DNA of 63,849 nucleotides, filler included, from Barthelona sp. PAP020 (Eukaryota): NCBI GenBank assembly GCA_040182905.1. It is 4 parts of 4 records of this genome, joined end to end, with 100 filler letters (N's around TTAATTAATTAA, not from the genome) between each part and the next. Parts side by side here need not be neighbours in the genome. Positions count along the whole stretch, not along the records: positions 17,755 to 35,441 come from JARQWU010000238.1; 3 more parts are not named here. One strand, 5' to 3'. Shown piece by piece: positions 23,060 to 32,253 of this stretch (position 1 is its first letter; each line of letters starts with the position of its first letter). The notes under the pieces were generated by a model. It saw only the letters and a program-made list of their open reading frames with translations, ran no database searches and was not told where the DNA came from. The position numbers and the translations under genes were made by a program.

Positions 23060-23399
23060 AAAGGTCCAAGCTTTAGCTGACCTAGCCCATCAAATGGTCA
23101 GTAAATAAAAAATAGTAATCTCTATTTTTACCCCAAGCAACACAGTTGAAAGACATTTATTTACAGCCTGTCTAACAGACAAAGTTGTGCCATACTGCTC
23201 CTCGAAGAAACTTATCTTGGGTTCTCAATACTAATGTTGGAATGGAACACACGTTCGAGCATTTAAACCACTGTACACATGGAAACAGACCAATGAATGT
23301 CCCTTGTTTATTCACATCAGGCAAAAAAGATCAGGAATTCCTCATGAATAATTGAATCCTGTTGGCAACACCTCGACTACTTAACAACAACAAATGTTT
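23060..23399 (-). pseudogene. Possible decayed Brix-domain (Brx1-like) gene fragment
   Basis: Minus frame reads KHLLLLSSRGVANRIQLFMRNS*SFLP, resembling the Brx1 N-terminal L(L/V)SSRG...L..LLP motif; several stops. Confidence 0.3.
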
Positions 23400-23471
23400 A
23401 AATTACTTTTTTTTATAATTTTTATTTTTGAAGTGTTAGTCATTTTTGATTGAAATTAAAAAAAAAATTGT

Positions 23472-25124
23472 TTACAAATAATCACGCAATAGTTCTGCAT
23501 CATCAGTGGAAGCTTTTGTTTTAAAAGAAGAAGCCAATTCTTTTTCTATTTTTAGCTGCTGTAAATACCTTAAACCTTCCGAACTATCATCATCCACATC
23601 GATTTCACTCCAAAGTAGGTTTCCAAGATTCATACGGGACAAACATCTTTGTACTGCCTCAGAATATACCAAAATCAAAACTAACAACATAGCTAAAGGA
23701 AAATAAGCGTTTATTCTTTGTCCCAAAGCAGGGGTCACATCCATAATTCCCATCACCAATTGAAACGCTGTCAGAGTATCCTTTGATTCAGGCCCTGTAA
23801 TTATGGCAGTAAAATTCCATGTTAAAGGAACAATAAGCCTTAAGAAATAAGAACCAAGGTACAGCATTGAGGAAGGGTCAGTGTTTCCTTTTGTGATGTT
23901 ATAAAAATCAAAGATTTTAAGCCTCAAAAGAGGATAATAGGAGCAAAGGGCCATGTATATCAAGAAAGGCCCATAAATTAAAAAGAGCGCCATAATTCTA
24001 CTATCTAATCGCATGTATAGATATCTTAAGGGTTGGACATCCCAAGGTAAGAACATGGTCAGTTCAGAAAAGACTACAATGGTAGACAGTAAAATACAAA
24101 TGATGCTGAGTCCCTTTAGCAAATATTTTTGATATTTTCTTTGGAATTTAAACAACAAAATCTTCTTCTTACCTTTGACATTCCCCAAAGTGCATGCAAC
24201 ACCAAAATCTTCTTCTTGCAAAGCCTCCAATTTCATCCAACGTTTAACAAGTTTATTCCATTCAGTTTCAGCTTTTCGAGCCTTCAATATGCTTGAAATA
24301 CATTTACTGTTTAATTCTACAAGTTTCTCCAGAGTTATATCATGATAAGCATCACGTTTTGCTTTTAATGACATTTTTCTTCTGTTTTCTGAAATAGCGC
24401 TTGAATCTGGAAAGCTAAAATCCGTAAGTTTTGAACGCATTTGTTTTAACGGTTCTTCAAATCGATGAGTACACATTGCTCTTTCAAAAAATTCATAAGC
24501 TTCAGGCTTTAAAGCTTCCAATTCAGCCGCAGCATCTAACATTTTTTCATGTCGTGGCATACACTTCATTTCAAGCTTCTTCTGTGCTATTTTACATTCA
24601 GATCTGCGCCATAATCGTCTGGGAATATCTATTAACCCATAACTCAAAGTGATTATGATGAGAAACAATGCCCACACATTGGACAATGCCATAACTACAC
24701 CAATAATATTTTGAGAAGACAAAAATCCTAAATATAAGACTAATAAAATAGCAGCTACAGAAATCAACAGTAAAATCATGTAAAAGAGAGCATTTATTCT
24801 TAAAGAAGTCAAAGCTCTTGCACCTTTGGAAAAATCAGGTGCATTTGCAAAATCTTGTTGAAAAGGTACAATAAACCACACCATACAAAATTGAAACCAG
24901 TATATAATCCACCAACACAATAGAATAGTGTCGCTAGCTTTTTTATCTTCTTCAACATACATTATATCTAAGGGAATTAATATCACAATTGCAAAAGCAG
25001 CAAAAAACATTAGAAATGTACTAATATAGACATCAATCGTTATTCTTTTGTGGTCGGAGTAAGTATATATTACATACGCTGCAACAATAATTGCAATTAA
25101 TATTTCAATTATTTGTTCAATCAT
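23472..25124 (-). CDS. LMBR1-family membrane protein (LMBRD2-like)
   Basis: Multiple TMs, LIPLDI, WFIVPFQQDF, LSYGLIDIPRRLW, RLIVPLTWNF. Confidence 0.9.
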   Translation of the reverse strand: MIEQIIEILIAIIVAAYVIYTYSDHKRITIDVYISTFLMFFAAFAIVILIPLDIMYVEEDKKASDTILLCWWIIYWFQFCMVWFIVPFQQDFANAPDFSKGARALTSLRINALFYMILLLISVAAILLVLYLGFLSSQNIIGVVMALSNVWALFLIIITLSYGLIDIPRRLWRRSECKIAQKKLEMKCMPRHEKMLDAAAELEALKPEAYEFFERAMCTHRFEEPLKQMRSKLTDFSFPDSSAISENRRKMSLKAKRDAYHDITLEKLVELNSKCISSILKARKAETEWNKLVKRWMKLEALQEEDFGVACTLGNVKGKKKILLFKFQRKYQKYLLKGLSIICILLSTIVVFSELTMFLPWDVQPLRYLYMRLDSRIMALFLIYGPFLIYMALCSYYPLLRLKIFDFYNITKGNTDPSSMLYLGSYFLRLIVPLTWNFTAIITGPESKDTLTAFQLVMGIMDVTPALGQRINAYFPLAMLLVLILVYSEAVQRCLSRMNLGNLLWSEIDVDDDSSEGLRYLQQLKIEKELASSFKTKASTDDAELLRDYL

Positions 25125-25314
25125 CTGTTCTTAAAATCAATTTTGATTGATGATGATAACAGATTTTTGCCTTACTTTTTTTATTCTTTTTTTTTTCATT
25201 TTTGATTATCATTGTAAATATACAGCTTTCTTGACAAAAGCAAAATTATTTAGAAAAATAAAAAAGTTTTATCTTGGAAAAAACATTTTTCTTCAATTTT
25301 TATTGTTAATACAA

Positions 25315-25952
25315 ATGGGATTATTTACTCCTGCCAAGCCTCTCAAAGGTATAATATTTTGTATTTAAAATGTACTAATTTATCAGAACAAATTCGAGAA
25401 AATAAGAGAACGATTGATCGTGCTGTTCGAGAGTTAAATAGAGAAACAAACAAATTAAAAACAACTGAGAACAAGTTGAAGATAGAGATTAAGAAAGCAG
25501 CACAATCAGGTCAGATGCAGATTGCCAAGCTTAAAGCCAAAGATTTGGTGAGAACAAGAAAAAATGTGCAAAAGTTTACAAAAATGAAGACACAAATGAC
25601 TACAATTTCTTTACGTCTCACAACAATTGGTTCCAATAATGCTATGGCAAATGTAATGAAAAATTGTGCAAAAGTTATGGGAAAAATGAATCAAATGTAC
25701 AATGTTCCTAAATTACAAAACATTATGATGGAATTTGAGAGACAATCTGAGTTGATGGATGCACGTGAAGAGATGATGGAAGACACAATGGAAGATGTTT
25801 TTGCTGAATCTGATGAAGAAGAAGAGGAAGAAGAAATCATTGGCAGTGTTTTAGCTGAAATTGGCATTGATTTAGCCTCAGGTCAAATTACCACTGGTCA
25901 TAGTCAGAATGTTAGCATTGGTAATGAAGCAAAAAGCAATAGGGCTTATTGA
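25315..25952 (+). CDS. VPS2: ESCRT-III subunit Vps2/CHMP2A (2 exons: 25315-25348, 25387-25952)
   Basis: Splicing gives MGLFTPAKPLKEQIRENKRTIDRAVRELNRE...AKDLVRTRK...IMMEFERQSE. Confidence 0.92.
25349..25386 (+). other. 38-nt spliceosomal intron
   Basis: GTATAA...TACTAAT-TTATCAG; removal restores the CHMP2 N-terminus in frame. Confidence 0.88.
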
Positions 25953-26202
25953 TTTTTTTATCAATCATTTTTTTTGTGTAAATTGTACAGTTGAAAAAAA
26001 AAAATAAAGAATTTTTTTATTGTCTATTTATTTTTGTTTTGAGCAATATTATGTTAAAGGTGTTAAAAAACAACATAAATAAATGTTCTTTGAAAGTAAA
26101 AACAAATGGATGATGCTTTTCAATAAAAATCAGAATCACAAAATAAAAATCTCTTGGGCGCCAAGATGTGAAAACATTTTTTCCTTTTCATAGTTAAGTC
26201 AT

Positions 26203-27423
26203 ATGGAGTCTGATGATATAGTAAGTACTCCGATCGATGAAAATAGTCTGGATGAAATGATGATGATGGAAATACCGCCACCACCATTCAGACCTAGAAA
26301 TGAGTCTTGTGTTGTCAATTTAACATGGAAATTATTGCATACCTACAAAAAAATCAATCAAATATATTTTGATTCATTAAAAACACATGATGATAATGAT
26401 AATTATTTAATTGTACACACTGATGATATTTTAGTGGATAGATACGAAATAAAGTCTATTTTGGGACGAGGATCTTTTGGAGTTACTGTAAAAGCGTATG
26501 ATAGAAACACCAAAGGATTTGTTGCTGTAAAAATATTGAGATCTGGTCAAAGATTTAATCAGCAAGGAACTATAGAAATAAATATAATGAAGTATGTGAA
26601 TTTGGCTGATGAATCAGATAAAAAACATTTTATCGAATTAAACAACTCTTTTTATCACATGGGGCACCTTTGTATTGTTACAGAATTGTTGCACTCAAAT
26701 CTTTATTGGGCTTTGAAGGTTTATACAAAAATGAGAGGTTTCAAACTGGAAGTGATCTTGGGTTTTGCCTATCAATTGTTGGAAAGTCTATCATTAATGA
26801 GTTCATTGGATCCACCAGTAATCCATTGTGATTTGAAACCCGAAAATATACTAATGGTACGAAAGATTAATGAAAATGACTCTATGATACCCATAAAATT
26901 GATAGATTTTGGATCTAGTTGTACGTCAAATAAAATCTTGTACAGTTATGTTCAATCAAGATATTATAGAGCTCCAGAGATTGTTTTACAGAGTCATGAT
27001 CGAAATTACACACCAAGTGTTGATATGTGGTCATTAGGTTGTGTTTTAGTTGAATTATATATAGGTAAACCTTTGTTTCCAGGTAAGACAAATACACAGA
27101 TGATACAACTATTTGTTTCTGTTTTGGGACACCCACCACAAACTCTATTGAACAAATCCAAAAAATTTGATCAATTTTACAACGAGGACTTCACACCAAC
27201 TTTTGAGCTTTTTCCTTCAAAGAGTTTAAAAGACATTTTAAAAGTTTCTCCTGCAACTTCAGACAATACAGATCTAATTTTTTTTTACAACATGGTTTCA
27301 GATTTATTGCAATTTGAACCTTCAGAAAGAATCACTCCTGATGATTGTTTAGTCAAATACTTCAATAGTACTCCCCCTGTTCCAACCATATCTTCCATAA
27401 ATCAAGTTGTGAATTTTGGCTGA
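26203..27423 (+). CDS. DYRK-family protein kinase (DYRK1-like)
   Basis: LLHTYKKINQIYF, DH-box-like DDNDNYL, GRGSFG, HCDLKPEN, DFGSS, YVQSRYYRAPE. Confidence 0.93.
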   Translation: MESDDIVSTPIDENSLDEMMMMEIPPPPFRPRNESCVVNLTWKLLHTYKKINQIYFDSLKTHDDNDNYLIVHTDDILVDRYEIKSILGRGSFGVTVKAYDRNTKGFVAVKILRSGQRFNQQGTIEINIMKYVNLADESDKKHFIELNNSFYHMGHLCIVTELLHSNLYWALKVYTKMRGFKLEVILGFAYQLLESLSLMSSLDPPVIHCDLKPENILMVRKINENDSMIPIKLIDFGSSCTSNKILYSYVQSRYYRAPEIVLQSHDRNYTPSVDMWSLGCVLVELYIGKPLFPGKTNTQMIQLFVSVLGHPPQTLLNKSKKFDQFYNEDFTPTFELFPSKSLKDILKVSPATSDNTDLIFFYNMVSDLLQFEPSERITPDDCLVKYFNSTPPVPTISSINQVVNFG

Positions 27424-27546
27424 AAATTTTGAGAAGAATTTACTTTTGGTTATGTTTTTCATTTCCTTTTTGTAAAAGCAGTTAAAACATGGGATTTTTA
27501 TGAGACCTTGACAGGTTAAAGAATTACATATATTTAGTAAAGACAT

Positions 27547-28155
27547 TTATTGAAACCATAATTGGAAATTAAATGCCTGATTTTCGTGAGAAGTTAAAAT
27601 GCTTCTTTTTTGCAATTGATAAACATTTGTTTTTTTTTTAATATCTGAGTCTGTCAAATAATTGTCATTATCTTTCCATTGAATCAAAAATTCATCAGAA
27701 ATATTCTTCACATTTGGACTATAAACCCAAATTTCAAAAAAATAATCTTCTTCTTCTTTCAGACAAGGAAGAGCAAGGATTTTCAATAACGAATTGCGAA
27801 AAAAGTTTTGTAAAAAACCAAGAGAAGGTAAACAGACACTATTTAAATGTTTGTTAAAAAACTGGAAACAAAAATGATATTTGGAGACTATGTCTTCAGA
27901 GACACTGTTTTTAATTATTAATTCAAATCTACATTGTTCATCCAATAATTGCTCAGAATATTTTAATGTCGAACGAATATAATGATTAATATCGGGATGT
28001 CTGCTCATGGGAATTGAAATGCCGTAAAGATTGGTGTCATCAAAAATTTCTTCAGGATAAAGTTTTAATGTATATAATAAACAATGTATTGAAGCTTCAA
28101 TGAACTCCAAACACAATAACTGAATTAATTCTCGGTCAATAACTTGTTTTGTCAT
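27547..28155 (-). CDS. REV7: HORMA-domain protein Rev7/MAD2L2
   Basis: EFIEASIHCLLYTLKLYPEEIF...YGISIPMSRHPDINHYI matches the Rev7 signature. Confidence 0.85.
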   Translation of the reverse strand: MTKQVIDRELIQLLCLEFIEASIHCLLYTLKLYPEEIFDDTNLYGISIPMSRHPDINHYIRSTLKYSEQLLDEQCRFELIIKNSVSEDIVSKYHFCFQFFNKHLNSVCLPSLGFLQNFFRNSLLKILALPCLKEEEDYFFEIWVYSPNVKNISDEFLIQWKDNDNYLTDSDIKKKTNVYQLQKRSILTSHENQAFNFQLWFQ

Positions 28156-28386
28156 CAATATTTCGAACCAAATTTGTACTTTTTCGTATTTTCGCTATAC
28201 AGACAAAAACAAAATGAAAAAAATTGAGAAAAAATGTTGATTCACCAGAATTTTGAAGTCTTCTTAAATATCACCACTACTACTTTCAAATATTTAACAA
28301 AAATTTTTGATTAATTTGGGAAGTGTTTCATTTATCTCAGAAAAAAAATTTTTTAATGGTTATTAACATTTTATTGGAAAAAATGA

Positions 28387-29174
28387 CTACAAGAAGAAAC
28401 ATAACTTGGAAAAGAATCCCTTCTCTTCTTCAACAGGATCATTAATATTGACTGTTTCTAATTCAGTCCTTTCTTTTGGAGGTGCAATAACAACAGTCGC
28501 AGTGGGCCTTGAAGACTTTTCAGTTTCAATTTCAGCACTTTCAGAACCACTTCTTTCTTCAACAAAATCAACATCCGCAGGAACAATTTTTTGGGGTTCA
28601 TTGTTTTCAAGATTTAATGACAATCTAAGAGCATATTCAAACGCTTCAAGAACATTAATATTTTCCTTTACACTTGTTTCAAACAACCTAACATTCAAAC
28701 TATCGGCCAACTCTTGAACTTCTTCTTTTGTCACAACAGACTCAGATAATAAATCAATTTTATTATGAATTAGAATCATTGGAACATTACCTTCGCTATC
28801 AATGACTTTCTGTCTCCAACTTGGAATTTTTTCAAAACTCTCACGATCTGTGGTTGAAAAAACTAAAGCACAAACATCCGCACCACGATAATAATTGCGA
28901 GTTAAATTATCAAATTCTTCTTGACCTGCTGTATCCCAAATAAACATTGTTACGGTTGCATCAATGTCATCAACAAATACTTCCTTTGTCAAAAAATTAG
29001 CACCAATGGTTTTTCTATATTCAGCTGTAAATATACCCTCACAAAATCTTTGGATAATAGAAGTTTTACCCGCACGACCATTTCCAATTACAATAACTTT
29101 TTTGTTAACTAATAAGTTAGATAGAATTCAATATTTAATAAATTTAAACTTTCAAAATCTTCTGTTTGAATCAT
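28387..29174 (-). CDS. RAB23: Rab23 GTPase (2 exons: 29174-29150, 29108-28387)
   Basis: Spliced product MIQTEDFEINKKVIVIGNGRAGKTSIIQRFCEGIFTAEYRKTIG...WDTAGQEEFD...LVFSTTDRESF, ending CFFL. Confidence 0.9.
29109..29149 (-). other. 41-nt spliceosomal intron
   Basis: GTTTAA...TCTAAC-TTATTAG; removal gives an in-frame Rab23 N-terminus. Confidence 0.8.
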
Positions 29175-29223
29175 GTGTTTGAATGGGAAAAAAAAAAATT
29201 GAAAGAATTTTTTGATTTTTTAA

Positions 29224-30906
29224 ATGACACCTCCTACTCAGAAGGTAGTTTATTTGGCTGATTTATCTCAAGTACAAAAAGAGCGATATTATAATTTATT
29301 GTTGAAAAACAACATTCAATTTGTTCAAAATGATTCTGGCGAATATGTTGCCACATTAAGAATTCAAAAACAAAAGCAAGATTCTTCTCAACCATCTAAT
29401 CCAATAGAGCTGAATGTAGTAAAGGATATTGATGAAGAGAAAAGGTTATATGAAAGTCCATTACAAAATCGATCTCCTATATTGTACAAAACACCTAAAA
29501 TAAAAAAACAATTAGCTCCATCACCGAAAATAAAGAAGAATTTGCAAATGCAGTCAAAATCCAAAGAAAGACTTAACAAATTGAATTGGATTCCTCCTGA
29601 AGATTATTCAACATTTTTATCTTTTTTTACCTCACCTATCGAACAATTACAACAACCAAGATTGAGAGCACAAAAATGGATTTCGAAAAGAATTGAAGCC
29701 ATTTTGGATTCTCGATGGAATAATTTTTTATCAATTGACAATGATGAAGAAACAACGGTTGATCCTTTTAGTATATTGGCGGATTTTTTGCCAATTAATG
29801 AAAAAGTTGAAGTTATGGGTATTGCAGAGTTTACTTATTTTCACATTCATCGGTCTTTGGGATTGAGTTCACTAACTAATCAATCAGCTCTTGAGTTTCT
29901 TTTCAATTTGGTGAAACATTCCAGCACAGATAATGGTCACAATGAACTTGTTCGTTTGTACTCTATGTTTTTGAACGAGACTTTGATACCAGAACAATTG
30001 ATATTTTTCATGTATGTGCGTCAAATAATGTTGGATGCTTACATGAAAAAGATAAGAAGTGGACAGAAAACTTTTGCTAAGGCGTTTAAGCCAGGATTGA
30101 CTTTTAATTTTGAGTCAGATTTAAAAGTGTTTGACACATTGCTGAAGCATGAATTCTCTTTAAATTTGATTAAAGTGATTTTTGCTAGAGTTTTTAAAAA
30201 ATATCCTCATTTTATTGATAGTTATCTCAGAATGATAATGAAAGGAAAGAAAACTTTGTCTGGTAAAAAGCTTATTGAGTGGTTCATAAATAATCTTTCT
30301 GAATTCAGAAAGAGGAGTGTAGAAGAGCCAATATCCGAGGTTGATCTAGAGCTGAAACAACAGATATCGTATCCTTCTGTTCACCAAAACGATTTAAGTG
30401 TAAATCCAACTCCAAGTTGGTCTGGAAACTTTTCACAAGATTCTACCTCAAACAGTCCTTTGAAACCATTAACTTTGTTGGAAAAACACGCAAAAATTGA
30501 CGAAAAACCAACTCCTGCACCAATAAAGTCCTTTCAATATCGATTAGAAGATCATATTGAAACTGCTGTCAAAGAGATAGTGATGAATATTGATAAATGT
30601 TTGGAAGTTTCAATTGAAGGGGATTTGACTGCTGTTTTGGAGAAAAATTTGAAAAGTTTAGTTGAACAACAAATTGAAAGAGTAATTGAACTCAATGATG
30701 ATCCATATAGTTTGGAAGAACATTTAGGTAGTTGTCAAGGGTATCAAAAAAAGTTGTTGCACATGCTTTCTGATTTTGGAAGCAGAGATTATGTTGCTGA
30801 TGATCAAATTAGAGAATTGGCTGTAGCTTTTACTTGCGCTCCAGATGTTAGAGCAAGATTTGAAACATTGGCATGTTTATTACTTTCAAAGATTCAAAAG
30901 AAGTAG
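29224..30906 (+). CDS. Hypothetical protein (560 aa)
   Basis: Long ATG ORF; its 3' third is duplicated at 59887-60487. Confidence 0.8.
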   Translation: MTPPTQKVVYLADLSQVQKERYYNLLLKNNIQFVQNDSGEYVATLRIQKQKQDSSQPSNPIELNVVKDIDEEKRLYESPLQNRSPILYKTPKIKKQLAPSPKIKKNLQMQSKSKERLNKLNWIPPEDYSTFLSFFTSPIEQLQQPRLRAQKWISKRIEAILDSRWNNFLSIDNDEETTVDPFSILADFLPINEKVEVMGIAEFTYFHIHRSLGLSSLTNQSALEFLFNLVKHSSTDNGHNELVRLYSMFLNETLIPEQLIFFMYVRQIMLDAYMKKIRSGQKTFAKAFKPGLTFNFESDLKVFDTLLKHEFSLNLIKVIFARVFKKYPHFIDSYLRMIMKGKKTLSGKKLIEWFINNLSEFRKRSVEEPISEVDLELKQQISYPSVHQNDLSVNPTPSWSGNFSQDSTSNSPLKPLTLLEKHAKIDEKPTPAPIKSFQYRLEDHIETAVKEIVMNIDKCLEVSIEGDLTAVLEKNLKSLVEQQIERVIELNDDPYSLEEHLGSCQGYQKKLLHMLSDFGSRDYVADDQIRELAVAFTCAPDVRARFETLACLLLSKIQKK

Positions 30907-31472
30907 ATTTAGGCTTTGTTTATTCTTTTGAATATGCAGATGTAGGATGTATGATACTTATATGAATGTTGAGGTCAAATGTGAAAATATATTTCTTTGC
31001 CATGTTCTTTGAAATGTTAGACTTTTTTTGCTGTTGAAATTGAAATTGTAAATAATTGTAATTTATTTTTCTTCTTTTGCGAACCTTTTCCAGAACTTGT
31101 CCAAATCAGAGTCTGAGAATGTCAGTTGATAAATAAATAATAAACCTTAATCTTTGTTTTTTTCGAGGGGTTTCAGCGTTCCTGAAAGGAACCTCTCTTT
31201 TTTGAGACCTACTCTTTCAAAGGCTTTCGTAGGAGAGCTACGCCCTATGCGGGGTGTGAAATACAGTATTACTAATTGCTCAAAAGGGCTTAACGCTCCG
31301 ATCTCTTTAAAATATATCCTAATTGTGCAAGTTTTCATGCATTCACCGTGATAAGTCAAAAATTTGGGGATAAAAAAGTTCCATACCTTCAGGGAAAAAG
31401 GAAGAATTGGAAAATTTCGATTAGCCAAAAAAAAAAAAATAATTTGCTTGTGAACAACCCTCATTTCTTTTT
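30305..31472 (+). repeat. ~1.17-kb duplicated segment, copy A (copy B at 59887-61052)
   Basis: Direct alignment from TCAGAAAGAGGAGTGTAG to CAACCCTCATTTCTTT. Confidence 0.97.
31165..31462. mobile_element. ~300-nt hairpin-rich element with short imperfect terminal inverted repeats (MITE-like or structured RNA), copy A
   Basis: Starts GAGGGGTT, ends AACCCTC, T-runs on both sides, GC-richer than its surroundings; hairpins at 31178-31192 and 31239-31258; second copy at 60747-61042. Confidence 0.4.
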
Positions 31473-31486
31473 TTTTTGAAAAAATA

Positions 31487-31999
31487 ATGAATATACAAGA
31501 TATGCAAAATCATTCAACTACTAATCAACAACTTGAAAATTCCGCCAAATGTTTGGCTGAAAAGGTACCTATTGTTGGTTCTGCGATTGTTACATCATAT
31601 GAAAATGCGAAATTGGATATGATTGAGCACAAAAATATAAAAATCGATCAAGAAATTAGAAATTCATCGGATAATTTATCAATGGTGCGCAAACACCTTG
31701 GTAGTAAAAATCTTGACGAATATAATAAAAACACACTTGTTAATAAACTTGTCGATAACATTGAAGATAATTTCAATGATACCAATATTAGACTGGAAAA
31801 GTTGGAAAAATTAAAAGATGATAATATAGCTTTTAATAAAAAATTAAAAAGAGAAATTCTATCAAAACAATTTGAAAATTCGGAAGATGCATTAAGATAT
31901 GCTTTCACAAATTTCAGCAATAAACATATTGGCAAAAGCAATAAAAATAGATTGATTGATATTTATTTCCAAGCCAAGAAGCACTGTGCGTATGAGTGA
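31487..31999 (+). CDS. Orphan coiled-coil ORF, probable N-terminal part of an interrupted gene continuing at 32254
   Basis: ATG 25 nt after the element; N/K-rich and helical, with LAEKVPIVGSAI. Confidence 0.65.
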   Translation: MNIQDMQNHSTTNQQLENSAKCLAEKVPIVGSAIVTSYENAKLDMIEHKNIKIDQEIRNSSDNLSMVRKHLGSKNLDEYNKNTLVNKLVDNIEDNFNDTNIRLEKLEKLKDDNIAFNKKLKREILSKQFENSEDALRYAFTNFSNKHIGKSNKNRLIDIYFQAKKHCAYE

Positions 32000-32253
32000 A
32001 TAAAAAAGAATAGTGTTTATTTGGTTAAAGGCTTTCGAGGCCCGATTGATCTGTTGAAAAACTTAAGATTTTCTGAGGTAAAGTTTAAACTTTAAAATTT
32101 TGCTTTTGAAAATACAAAAAAATAGGAATGGAAAATTTTTCCAAAATTTTCATACTTGATGCGCAAGATTCAATTGCAGCCACTCATTTTCTGTGGCTGA
32201 GATTTAATGAAATGAGTTTTCTCTGATTACTTTTTCTTTGTAAATAAATATAG

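Noticed and set aside
23041..23443. Possible TGA=Trp recoding or RNase P RNA
   Set aside because: TGA terminates normal genes here (e.g. 10875, 27423), and I could not find matching RNase P/MRP CR-I and CR-V pairing.
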